Source: Atractiella rhizophila (taxonomy: Eukaryota). From it: a stretch of 64,000 nt of DNA. The stretch covers positions 1 through 64,000 of the forward strand of contig MU271446.1 of assembly GCA_021432655.1 (NCBI GenBank). Reading direction: 5' to 3'. The notes below the pieces were generated by a model, which was not told the DNA's origin, ran no database searches, and was given only the letters and a program-made list of their open reading frames with translations. Made by a program: the position numbers and the translations under genes. Below are positions 12,753 to 25,630 of the stretch, piece by piece. Each line of letters opens with the position of its first letter. Position 1 is the stretch's first letter.

Positions 12753-12949
12753 ATACATTGACATGGAAGGTACCATAAATTATCCATTTCTTTTACTAAA
12801 GAACAAGCAGCTTGCCATTACTTAGTATCAGTATCTACGTTGAAATTGAAAGAGGCTGCAGTGCCAAAGTAATATTTTCATCTGTATCAAGGAATAGCCT
12901 CAGGCTGGATTGAGGTTACCAAACTGCTCCCGTTGGACTTCTTTTGAGA

Positions 12950-14749
12950 TCCTCCAATCTGCGTCTCGACCTCCCTTCAGAAACCTGCATTAACCTCGTG
13001 TGGTCATCATCCGCGAAGAATTGGGAAGGGCTCGAAGCCCTCTTTGGGCATTTTCATACTCTCAAAACATTGTTTCGCACCTTTAAACTGCTTCTCATCC
13101 ACGAGGTCGTCAAACGCTTTTTGAAACAAGAACCAAGTACTTCAAGGCATTCACAGTCATCCAAACTAATGTGCTTGCGCCATGGCACATCTTCGTAAGA
13201 AAAAAGACAGTCGAATGTCGCGATGTTATGATCGTGAATTTTGTAGCGCTCCGCGAAAATACCTCTCAGATGTTTAATGAAGCTCGCAACAGGCTGACGT
13301 TGAAGGTGAGAGTGCCAGAATGGCGACGTGTGATGGAAAAATGAGTATTTCGCAAGACCATCACCGTCAAAAAATGGAGGAACGTGGTCCATAAGATTGG
13401 AATTCCTTTCCTCGTCCGTAGTGAATCATAATAGATCATAAAGAAGAACCCAGACGAAGGATTCACAGTCATCCAAACAACTGTGCTTGCGGGATGGTAC
13501 ATCTAGTAAGAAAAAAGACATGAAATCGTTGGGTACCTTATCTTTGTAAATTAGAACCAGGTCCAGGGGATGACAAACGTACGGTTTGAGAACCCTCAGT
13601 CGAGAGAGCCGTTATATCTATGGCACAGTCCCAATCACCCAACTTTCCTTCAAGACCGCTTTTTTCATTGCAGTTGTCCTCCTCACCACTCAGCACCATT
13701 CTCATTAGTATAGTCCTTGATGCCATCCTGCTCGATACGGTTCCATTCAATACCGCTGTCTTCAATGCCGTCCTCTTCACTCCCGTTCTCTTCGGTGCTT
13801 TCCTTTCGGCACTCAATCTGGATGTTGTTTTCGCTGATGTCTCGATGAATTATCCCCGCTGTCATGTATGCCTCATAGTAGTCTGAAAAAGTGTTAGATT
13901 TGCCATAAACCGGGGGAAAAACCTGACAATGAATCGCATCACGCAGTACTTCGATCAGCTCCAACGCATTCTTCATCTGACCGTATTGTTTCTTGAAATG
14001 GATCTCCTCGTAAACCTGACGTCGCACAACCCTTCTCCAGAACCTATCCACATGACCAGCAGCTGGATTGTTGGAAACGTTCGTCGATTGATTGTCGTTC
14101 GCACCTCCCACCGTGTCCTTCGCCTCTGCTTGAGCAATTTCTTCTTCAACCTGGTCCACAACTTGACTTTCTTCTCCTCATGAAGCGTGCGAAGGAAGTT
14201 CAAATCGATGCTCAAATCGGTTTCGCGGATGTGATCGTCTAGAAAGTGGTGAACTGAGGGAAGGTGGTTTACATTTTTCTGCTCCAGTACCTTGTAAATC
14301 TCGGATTCTGAATAACTGTTTGGGATGTCGTATGTTCAGACGAAACGGGTTTCGTTGCTGAGCTTGTAACTGTAGTACCTTGCGTGTTGCCCAAAGGGTT
14401 CCACCTCCCGGTACGGCACCTCATTCACCTTCGCCCAGTTCCTTCGAGGGAGTAAGGCACCTCCAACCGCTTCAGCACATCGAACTCAAAACGCGTATGC
14501 AGGAGTGGAAAAAAACAAAATGACTACTGTGGCATACCAGTCTTTTCCACAAGTCTCCCCCTTGTGGCGCAAAATATCAAAAAACTTTTGTACCTCTTCG
14601 TCCGTAGGATACAAATACTCATATTTCTCACGAATCTCCCTTGTCCTGAAGGTTCCCCAGTTTAATGATTACCAATCCTTCAAAACTAGTCTGTAGCCCT
14701 TCATGGCTTGGGAAACCGTCGTTCTCTGGAATAGAATGAGTGTTCTCAT
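12950..14749 (-). pseudogene. Fungal-type protein kinase (FunK1/Pkinase_fungal) relic, copy A
   Basis: Motifs 'AGIIHRDISENNIQI', 'GKLGDWDCA', 'GT..FMS..LL...H...DDCESFVWVLLY'. Contains frameshifts and stops, and an internal deletion of about 770 bp relative to copy B. Confidence 0.85.
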
Positions 14750-14897
14750 CCGAGTGCAGGTACTGTTGTGGTTGCGCTTCGTCCATTTGTACCAATTGTG
14801 TAGTTATTGATGCTTGCGTGGTGGCAAATGACTCGGACTCGGGGAACTCAATCTAACCTCGGCTCAAACAATTGGGATTTTGAAATAGATGGAGCAA

Positions 14898-16826
14898 AGT
14901 CCAGGGGATGACAAACGTACGGTTTGAGAACCCTCAGCCGAGAGAGCCGTTATATCTATGGCACAGTCCCAATCACCCAACTTTCCTTCAATACCGCTTT
15001 TTTCAGTACCGCTGTCCTCCTCAGCACCATTCTCATCAGTATAGTCCTTGATGCCATCCTGTTCGATACGGTTCCATTCAATACCGCTGTCTTCAATGCC
15101 GTCCTCTTCACTCCCGTTCTCTTCGGTACTTTCCTTTCGGCGCTCAATCTAGATGATGTTTTCGCTGATGAAAAGTGTGATTTTCTATAAATTCAGGGAA
15201 AAACCTGACAATGAATCGCATCACGCAATACTTCGATCAGCTCCCACCCATTCTTCACATCCTTCAGCTGACCGTATTGTTTCTTGAAATGGATCTCCTC
15301 GTAAACCTGACGTCGCAAAAACCTTCTCCAGAACCTATCCACATGACCAGCAGCTGGATTGCTGGAAACGTTCGTCGATTGATTGTCATTCGCACCTCCC
15401 ACCTTCGCCTTCGCTTGAGCAATTTCTTGTTCAACCCTGTCCACAAACTTGACTTTCTTCTCCTCATGAAGCGTGCGAAGGAAGCTCAAATCGATGCTCC
15501 AATCGGTTTCGCGGACGTGATCGTCTAGAAAGTGGTGGACGGAGGGAAGGTGGTTTACCTTTTTCTGCTCCAGTATCTTGTAAATCTCGGATTCTGAATA
15601 ACGGTTTGGGATGTCGTAGGCATGAACTGTTTTGACGAAACGGGTTTCGTTGCCGAGCTTGTAACTGTAGTACCTTGGGTGTTGCCCAAACGGTTCCACC
15701 TCCCGGTACGGCACCTGATTCACCTTCACCCAGTTCCTTCGAGGGACTAGGGCACCTCCAACCGCTTCAGCACATCCCTCCATGTTCCTCGCTCCACTGG
15801 CTCTTTCCATCATCAGCTCCTTTCCGACACCTCCGTCTCCCTTTCCCTCCATCACTTTGGCAACATGTCCAACCATCTCCTCGACATTCGCCGTTAGTTA
15901 CCTTCGATGCGGACAGCGGAAGATCCATCCACAACTCTCCATCCTTCACACGAAACTTCCTCAAAACCCCCAACTCTTCCGGGGTCATCGCCATAGTCGC
16001 CTTCAGCAACCAGACATAGGTTTTCGCATCTTCAGTGCCACGAATCAATTCCTCTGAAGTCTTTTGCTTGAGCTCGACCCAGAGATCCAGGACGGAGTGT
16101 AAAAGAGATGACTGGGAGTAGCGAACGGCAAATCGAAAGCTTTTCAAGCCGTAAAGATAAGAAAAAGTCTAATCAACCGTTGCGTGTTCTGGGACCAATT
16201 TTTCAGTGTCGAAAGTAATTGGTTTAACAGACGTGAGGTTCCATTTTCAACCTTGGAACGAGAGAGGCGTCGTCATTGCCTCTCTTCATGGCACCAGAAA
16301 AGGCGACGTAGTAGTCGGTTTTCACTTCGATGTGACCTTTTAAAAATCTGTAATCAATTATCTCCGTTGGCAGTTGGTCGCTCTTCTTGTCAGCTAGGAT
16401 GGGTTCGCGGTCAATGTTGTCGTGACACCCAAAAGCAGGTAGAGCCACATTGCTCGCTGGAATGCCACTCGCCTCTCCAAGTCGGACAAAAGTATCTCCT
16501 TCCCTGTTCGGCGTGATGGAATCCAACGCGTCAAGCTGTGACGTCAAACTCAAAACGCGTATGCAGGAGTGGAAAAAAACAAACTGACTACTGTCGCATA
16601 CCAGTCTTTTCCCCATGTCTCCCCCTTGTGGCGCCAAATATCAAAAACTTTTGTACCTCTTCGTCCGTAGGATACAAATACTCATATTTCTCACGAATCT
16701 CTCTTGTCCTGAAAAATATACCGACCAGGTTCTCCAGTTTGATGAGTGCAAATCCTTCAAAACCAGTCTGTAGCTCTTCATGGCTTCAGAAACCGTCGTT
16801 CTCTGGAATAGAATGAGTGCTCTCAT
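14898..16826 (-). pseudogene. FunK1 kinase relic, copy B (3'-truncated, catalytic HRD segment deleted)
   Basis: Highly similar to 13561-14897. Retains the extra middle region ('HIEVK'). Lacks 'YYEAYMTAGIIHRD' near 15170 and stops at the duplication junction. Confidence 0.8.
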
Positions 16827-17054
16827 CCGAGTGCAGGTACTGTTGTGGTTGCGCTTCGTCCATTTGTACTAATTGTGTGGTTATTGATGCTTGTGTGGTG
16901 GCAAATGACTCGGACTCGGGGAACCCAATCTAACCTCGGCTCAAACAATTGGGATTTTGAAATACAAGGAGCAATCGCTCTTTGGAGTCACTGAGAGTCT
17001 TATCGTCAGCTTATAACTTGGACCCTTCGCATGCGCCGGGAATCCACAGCGACC

Positions 17055-20000
17055 ATGTCACCTCAAGCGCGGTATCAGCGGCTACCCACTCAGCCTCCCT
17101 CACGAGAAGCAGTCGTCTCGAAGGAGGTTTACGACGATGAACCGGAAGGCGACAGTATGACGAGCTCGAGGAGGTACAGGACGCTGCTCTCCATCCTCCT
17201 TGGTCTCGCTTTGCTCTTCACCTCTATCGGCTGGAGTGCAAACTCGTTCTTCCGATCGATCTCTTCTTCAGAGTCTACTTCTTCGGTGTGTGTCCTTGCA
17301 GTGTTCGCATTTGGCTTCTAATCGTCGATGGATAACAGAAAGATGCAGTCCCAAAGTGCGAGCCATACGTTCCCCTTCTCCCTTCCCAAACGCTAAACAA
17401 CCCGTTCCTGCCACTATCTCCCTCCGAAGCATCCCAAATCCGCCAATACCTCCACAGTCTGTCCAGTCTCTCGCTCACTCCACCCTCTTCCATCCATCCA
17501 CACGACGCCCCGCCGAGTAGCGAGACAGACACCTTCATTACCCTCATCGAGCTCTTCCCGCCAGACAAGCAGAGCGTGTTGGAATATATCGAAGGAGCAG
17601 AGCAGCCGGAGAGGTGGGCGAGGGCGATCATCCAAGATGGGACTGCGAAGACGATACGGGACTACCTCATCGGTCCCCTCGCCACTATCCCCTCATCCAC
17701 CAACGCTACCACCGAGTCCACCTCAAACAAATCTGCCGGCTTCCGTCTCGAACCGCTCACCTCGATATACACCAACGCCACTCTCCCGTTCCACGCTCGC
17801 ATGGCTGGATCCTTCGAAGGGTACCAAAGGTTCTTGACCCACTTGGGCCGGAGGCTCGAGAACGTCACCCTCGAGCTGTACGGCGGACGAGCAACTGGAG
17901 AGCCGGGAGATACGCTCAGTGCTGGTGCTAACACACCGATCAGTTTCGATGGTAGCTGGAGGAGGTTGGCGTCTCCTCTCCCTCCCACTTTCCTTCCTAT
18001 TGTCTTATTCGCCGCGTTATTCTGATGATAAAATTCAAATGGAACAGGACATGGATGCAGTTCAAGCGGAATGTTCCAGGCGGATTCCTTCACGTCCTCG
18101 ACCTCTGGATGTATGTTGATCTGACGAGCACAAAGTGGGAAGAATGGACCATCCTCAAAGTTCGCTCCGTCCCTTCTTCCCCCATCCCATGGACTCGCTC
18201 ATAACCTAAAATGGACAGGTGGTACACGACCGCCGAGTATTCGATTCCCTCGATGCCTTCGAGGCCGCCTTCCACGCCGGCGAACTCAAACGCGCTCCCC
18301 TCCCCTTCGACCCTTCCGACGCATGGGCGACGCGTCACAAGCGCGGTGCGCCGAGAGATCTCGAGGAGCTCCCTGGACCGAGGAGCGTGAGCTTCAATAA
18401 GCCCAGGTTCAGGGTCGATAGGGAGAAGGGAGAGGTGCAGTGGCTAGGTTGGGAGTTTTGGCTGGGCTTTGAGAGGGACATGGTCAGCTTGATTACTTCG
18501 ATTTTCTTCCTCTGTAGTTTGCAGGCTTATCGCATGGCTGCATGGATGGATTTAGGGTCTGAACTTTTGGAATATTCGGTTCTTGGGTGAGAGAATCATC
18601 TATGAGATGAGTGCGCAGGAAGGTCTGTCTTTTATCCTTCTGGTAGTAGGAAACAGGAACCTGAGAGAGAGGCATGCCATAGCAATGGCACAATACTGTC
18701 CGTTGCTCCTCCTCCGCGCCTAAATCGAGAAGGGTGACCTAGGATGGGAACAGCTGGAAACGATCCTCACCAAGCGTCAACGGTCTTCCTTGACCGCGCC
18801 TTCGGGATGGGCACCTGCGTTATGTACGCCCTCCCTCCCTCCCGTCACGTCAGAACTGAGGAAGCGAACACTACAGGGAACTCATGATCGGCTACGACTG
18901 TCCTCACCACTCTGTACTCCTACCAGCCGTGTACCATGATGGAGGGGGAACGTTGGTGAAGGAGAACGCGATATGTATCTTCGAGATGGAGGATAATAAA
19001 CCACTCACTAGGCATACGGCTTGGAACAGGGATGAGATGGGTGCTTCCAGGGGATATTCTTTGACTGTGAGGACCATCAGTACCGTCGGTGAGTTTCTGT
19101 CTAGCTTCGAGTTGTTGATGAAATTCTGATTAAGATTAGGCAATGTGAGCGTTGTTCCCCCTTGCCCGAAAATGGAAGGCGCTGACCAAAATGCGACCAT
19201 AGTACGACTATCTCTTCGACTACGTCTTTCGGTTCGTCCCTTGACCAATTTTAAGTGATCGTATTGAGGTCCTTCGTGCAGGTTGGACGGGAGCATCGAA
19301 ATCCACTTGTCCGCCTCTGGATACCTCCAAGGAGGCTACTGGGAGAGCGGACAGTTTGACTATGGAACACAAATCATGGCCACGTCCAGTTAGTTACCCC
19401 TCTTCGAACTTGGAACATGAAGCTAATGAAATACAAGTGGGAAGCCTGCATGACCACGTTGTCAACTATAGTACGCCTGTATCTCCTCGAGTTGACGAAC
19501 ATTGAGACGAGAAACAGAAATCGACTTCGACATCGCCGGCAGAAAGAACTCCATGCAAGCCGTTTATGTTTGTCCCTCACTGCAATATTACAAGAGACAA
19601 CAGCTCACTCTATTCGGTGCAGGTGGAGATGGAAGAGAAACCAGAGCCTTGGTTCATGGACGAAGATTGGGGATCGACTGTCGTTCAACCCAAGATCCAG
19701 AGACGATGGATCGACAATGAAGATGATTCACGAGTCAACTGGCCAGATAATTTCGGTGTGCATTTTCTTTCTTTCTTCCTCGATCGCATCGCTAACGGGA
19801 TGAACTTTGCTGGAAGGTGGAGCGTTCTTGATTGCGAATAAGAATCAGACGAATCGATGGGGCAATCCCAGAGCTTATGCCATTCATCCGCAGACAAGCA
19901 CCATTCATATGGTCCGTTTCGGGCTCTCTATTCTTGCCATGAAATTGTGTTGATGATATTGCAGACTAATCTCAAATCGAAGCGGACGCTGAAAAACGTC

Positions 20001-20596
20001 AATTGGGCGAAGCAGCACGTGGCGGTGACAAAGGTACTTATCTACAATACTGGGCATCAACAGTCAATGATGTGTCAATTGCCCAGTATCACGATAACGA
20101 GCGCTGGAGTTCATCCCAGTGGAACATTAATCTGCCTGGTGCTCCTCCAGTAGACTTTTACGAATGGTTCAACTCCGAATCTCTCGATCAAGAAGACCTC
20201 GTCGCCTGGGTCTCATTGGGCATGCACCACATTCCACGCGCTGAAGACTCACCTATGACACTCACGAATCTGGCGCACTCTTCTCTGCTGCTAACACCAT
20301 TCAATTACTTCGACTATGACATCTCAATGGATCTACAAAACTCGGTCATCTTGAATCTGGACGAAAAAGGCGAGTGGCAGATAGATCAAAATGGCGTGCT
20401 GGAGGGATATTGCACACCTTTCAAGGTGGAAGGGATGAAATACACAGGAATAAAGCTCTATGATGCATCTGGAAACCTAAAAGCAGCTAAAAATGCGCGC
20501 AGAAGACGCGGTGAGCTCTAGCTTGGGAGTGTGAAAAGGTTTAACTGATAGGCGAATCTAGTTGAAACTGCACATGAGATTTGGGCGGAGCTCTGA
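17055..20596 (+). CDS. Copper amine oxidase (TPQ-dependent), type II membrane-anchored
   Basis: N-terminal TM helix, 'PRSVSFNKPRFRVD', 'GYDCP', spliced active site 'TISTVG-N-YDYLFDY', Cu ligands 'SLHDH' and 'GMHHIPRAED', 'LTPFNYFD'. Many introns. The last exon is inferred. Confidence 0.93.
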
Positions 20597-20870
20597 TACA
20601 CAACATCTGAAGCATAAGGTGTCATTTTCACTCTCCTCTGCCCTGTTGCCAGAATAATTATAGAATTCCGGTCACTCTGTCAGTACTGTTATTCAGACCA
20701 TGGTTCGATAGCCTTTCTCAGTCGAGGATTTTGCTCTGTAGCAATGGAAAACCTTGGCTGAATGTATTCTGCAACATTCCTACAAATTGCCAAGGAAAAA
20801 CGTTTCTTTCGTAATCTTACATGTCCCAATTGCATTACAAAATCTTTACAGTCGTCTCCCATAGAAACAC

Positions 20871-23153
20871 TCAAAGGGTATATCTCCAACCCTGAGTGCC
20901 ATTCAGCTTCAAATCGCGAAATGAAGGGGCGAGCGATCATACCTTTCTGGCAGCTTCTTGGTCTGCAAGAGAAATGCCTTTCAATTCCGCTGCCTTCTCC
21001 ACAGCTCCTCGATCAACCTCAACAAGAGCAACGCCTCTGCGAACCTATAGTTAGTAAAGCGTGTCGGTGGATGAATGACTGACTTGTCAAGTCGCTTGTT
21101 CAGGGATCCGAGATAGAAACGCAATCCACTGGCAACCAGACTGTTTGTAGCAGAAATAAGCAGGTGGAAGGCAGGGCGTAACCGAAACTCACATAGCAAG
21201 CCCATAGGCTGTGATACTGATGGCCCAAGAATGCAGGTAAGAAGGTCCCCCTGAGTCGGTCGTGAATTTGAGCAAACATCTTAAGGAAACTGCTCACAAC
21301 TCGTTTTGAAGATGTATGGGCCAATAATGTTGCCAATGTTTGCGCACGCACTGTTATCCGCTTAGAATCACGTTGATCAAGAGTCTGAGCCACTCACTTG
21401 ACATATGCTATCGCAACTGCTCGCTTTGCAGGAGGGCGAGGGAGAGTTGAAGAGACCCATGCAAAACCAACTGGATTCCAATTAAAAACGCCACATGAAG
21501 GTGTAGGAAGACTCACCAACGTATGCACCATAGCTCTGTGTCATAAAAAAGAGACTGAGGTACCGGGGAGCAACTGAGTGAGTGCTTGCTGCCAGAATAA
21601 ACCCTATTATTGTGCAACAAGTAGAAAGGATGATGTGGAAGGTCCTTTCCTTCCGTTTGTCGGCAGAACGAGCGAGAAAGAAGACGCCAATACAGCTGGT
21701 GACCCAAGGTGGTACACCTATTCAGAAAAGGCCATTACGCACCTTCTCATCAAGGATGGAGGAAGGCTCACACAGTCCCAAGGTTCTCAACCGAGCGTAA
21801 CCAAAGGTTTGGGCTATGGTTGGCACAAAGGCATTGTATGACGAACCGAGGACGTTGAGGAACTGGTGAAATGCAAGGATATGGGTCTTCGGGTCTGATA
21901 TCGCAGCTTTGAAGGCTTCCCAGTTTGTAAGATGAGTGTCATCGTCGGCTTCACCAGCGTCATCAACCAAACGCCTTTGGGCCAAGAATCGTTCGTTTGG
22001 TGTCAGCCAACGAGTGTTGTCTGTTAGCAAATGAGTGCCCTAGCATGTCTATGGAACTTTCGCACTTGGAAAATCAGGAAGGATAAACACAGCAAGGACG
22101 GCGACCGTGATTGTAATCGCCCCTTCGATAAAAAAGAGCCACCTAAATGCCAGTGAGATGTCTGCTTTCCAGTGCAGAGATGGAACTCACTCCCAGGCTG
22201 CATGGCCGAGATCTCCTTGCATATTGTCCAGTACTCCAGCAGCGATGAGCGGGTTCACAGCGTTAGATGATAGGTTTCCCACATACAGCAATGCTGTACG
22301 CTTTGCTATCTCTTCTTTCGTATACCAGCGAGATATGAGAAATATTGCTAAATCCATTTCGTAAACCACGCTAATTTCCCACACAAAGGTGAACCCACCA
22401 CCGGGAAAGAATCCAGCCTCAATTACACCTCAACCTTCTCTCAGCATCATGCAGAGTAGAATCTCGTTTGAGAACATACCGATGAAGAAGCGACAAAGGA
22501 CGATGTCTGTGAAATTCTTGGTGATACCGATAAAGCAGGATACCATTCCCCACAATGCCATGATGACGGGTAAGTAGATGGAAGGGCGTCCGAAATGGTT
22601 AAGGTAGATGTTGGAGGGAATCTGCAGTCACGTTATTACAAGTGGAAGTGCTGGAGCGGACCAATCATCACCTGAAATCCAATATATCCGACATAGAGAA
22701 TTGACAGCGTTGTCTGAATTCGAGGGGCTCAGAGATTACTCAAAGAGGGGTGACTAACAAACCTGATACTGGTTACCGTGCAAGCCTAGGTCCGCCTCGA
22801 AACCACTAGGACTTACTTCAACGTCGTCAACAGCTGTGAGCAGGGAATACGGACCGTAGTCTCGCAACTGCAACGTTATTCCGATCCCTGTTAAACTGAT
22901 TAGCTCCTAAAATTATGAGTGATATGGGGACGCACATGTAATTGAGCATATAAATCAGGATGAGGATGCTCATATGAGCATCAATCTTCCTCAACAGTTT
23001 CTTCTGCATCCTCTCCCTCTCTTCTGGAGGGAGCTCATCAAACCATCTGTTCAACCTGGCCTCTTCGTGCTCAATCTCCTGTTCATGCTCCCGTCCATTC
23101 TCGTGTTTCTCGTCCAAAAAGTCAGCGCGATCCTTGATGTCCTTCTCAGCCAT
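20871..23153 (-). CDS. MFS transporter, allantoate/anion:cation symporter (Dal5/TNA1-like)
   Basis: Motifs 'LLRKID', 'DRNNVAVAR', 'QIPSN', 'EAGFFPG', 'SRWYTKEEIAKR', 'WLFFIEGAIT', 'TRWLTPNER', and a family-typical C-terminus 'GWRYTL*'. Confidence 0.9.
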
Positions 23154-23715
23154 GATTCCTCGAGCGCCAGCCGCAGATACCTTACTTGCAGGCTCGCAAA
23201 TCAATGTCGCTATCCTTCCTCGCAATTTAAAGCTCACGCCCCGCATCCACCCCGCAGAGTGCTGATGCACCGTAACGACCAGTGCTTTTAAATGGGCTCC
23301 ATTGCTTGGGAGTGGAGGATCAATGGAAGATTTTGAAGTTTTAATGGTCGTGACCTCGGCGGGTAAATCTTTTCATAATTGTGGCTCGAAAAAACTCCGT
23401 CTGACGGAGAGCCTCCAGACAGCTGAGACGTTTCGAGACGGATGTCGAAGATTACTGCCTGACGATGCGCATGTTATGTGGCCAGGGATATCATCAGTTA
23501 CCTCACGTTGGCAATGACAATGAGATCCGCTAGTGTCGTACCGTAATTTGGCAGCCTTTGGACAGCATAGTGTCTAAAGAAGATGCATCCATAATTGCAA
23601 GAGGTATCTATTCTATTGCCATTCATTTCTCAGCCTCATTTACGCTCTACACCATTGAAAGAAGGAAAATTGTAGAACCACACCCACCTAGAACGATATC
23701 CACTTTGAACTGCCT

Positions 23716-25630
23716 CTACGCGTCCTCCCTGTCCGTCTCTCCATTGGCCGTGGGCGTCTTCGATTGCTCCACAACAACATCCTTCTTTCCATCCGCTTTC
23801 GGGTGCAAGAATCCCGAATTCACGACCATGATCGCACAGAATACGAAGAGGATGACCCAAGCCTTTCGAAATAGCAGCAGCATCAGTAAGTTGTGCCAAG
23901 TCAGGAAACAATAATATGGGGAGAAAGGAAGGGCGTAGAAGGAACGCACAAGGTAACCTGCAAAGATCTGATCCTCCACTCCTTTAGCGTACAAGCTGGC
24001 AAACAGAGCGGGGCACACTGCTCTCGTCGCGCTCATCAAGCTGAGTATGAAGCCATTGAGGGCTCCCATGAGCCTAGGATCTGGACAAACGTCGTTGATG
24101 GCGAGTTGTATAGCGGTATAAGCCATGCTGGCAGAAGTACCCAGGACGGTGGTAGGGAAGATTAAGGCCCAGAAGAGATCGTCGAGCCCATTCCGAAGCA
24201 AGGTGTTCATGAAAGGAGGGATGACCATCCAGACTGCGAAGAGCCAGGAGGATATTACGAGGACGGATTTGGTGCCTCTGAGCCGTTGGAGCCATGGGAA
24301 GAAGAGGAGGAGCCAGAGAGCTTGACAGATTCCGGTTAGGGATAGCAGGAGCGAGATCTGGGCCGGAGAGAAGCCGAAACCTCCAAGCTGTTCCCATTGA
24401 GACCATCATAAGTTGCTATGAATTCGTCTGAGGGAAAGAGGGGAGGACCAACAGGCACGGGAATGAACCAGAAGACAGGGGCGATAGCAGTGAATCCGAA
24501 TCCCACGATGAGGATGTTGAATTGCAATCCGACGACGTGTGCGACGCCAGGCGCCTTCAGGAGAGTCAGTATGCCGGGTGGTTTCTCTTTCTTCTCTCCC
24601 TTATTGGCGGGTAGGGTCTACCATCCCAAGATTGAATGGAACGACAAGCATGGAGGGAACAATGAACGGACCTCTTTGAGGAACAACAGACTCGTCAGTG
24701 TTGCTACATATCCCAGGCCACCGGCCACAAAACATGGCAGAGCGTACGGGTGGTCCCTAATGATGGATATGCGCTCGAAGATGCCTCCAAAGTTGGTGGC
24801 AGCGTCTGCGAGTGGCCCTCCAATGAGAGGACCGAGAGTGATGCCAATGTTGCCTGTATGAGCATTACATCAACTTGCGAGTGTGGAGGCGAAGGAGAGA
24901 TGTAGAATCGAGGAGAGAACTGACCAGCGAACGCCCAGAGGGAGAAAGTGCGAGCTTGGGTCTTCTGTGTGCTGTTTTCGCTAACCATCGTCCTTACAGT
25001 GCTGTATAGTCACCTCAATTTCAGACCATTGCGGTGCATGAGGAGGAAGAGAGAGAGTACACTGCGGTTCCCGCAAAGACTCCGGCGAGACAACGGAAGA
25101 TGATCATGCTCTTGAGATCGTTCGCCAATCCAAAGAAGAGCTGGGCGGTAGAGAGCCCTAGCATTGAGATGACGAGCACGGGTTTGCGGCCAATGCGATC
25201 GGAAAGCAGACCCCAGGGTATCATGACGAACACTTGTGTGAGGGAGAAGAGTGATTCCTGGAAAACCGAACGAAATTTGCACAGGGAAGCAAGCGAAGAT
25301 GGATAAGGAACATACAATCAACCCAGCCCAAAATCCGACCTTGACCTCCTCAATCCCTCCCACCCTGACTATCATCTCGCTGATGAAAGGGAAGATGACA
25401 AAAAACATGACGCTCTCGATAAACCTGCACGCGGCGAGCAAACCGATCTGTACCTTTGGTAGGGGTTTGTCATCTTCTGTGGAGACGGATGAAGATGGGC
25501 CAATGCCATCAGCTCCTACGCTTTCGGCGGCTAGGGCAGAGGCGTCAGGTACGATCGGGTCCTGGGCGTCGACGGCGGTGGAAGAGGACGCTCGGGAGGA
25601 GGAGAGCAAAGGAGTGCGTTCCGTAGCCAT
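23716..25630 (-). CDS. MFS transporter (DHA1/TCR-Tet-like, YCR023C-like)
   Basis: Motifs 'MATERTPLL', 'PLPKVQI', MFS motif A 'WGLLSDRIGRKPV', 'GPLIGGPL', 'PYALPC', 'MGALNG'. Confidence 0.9.
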
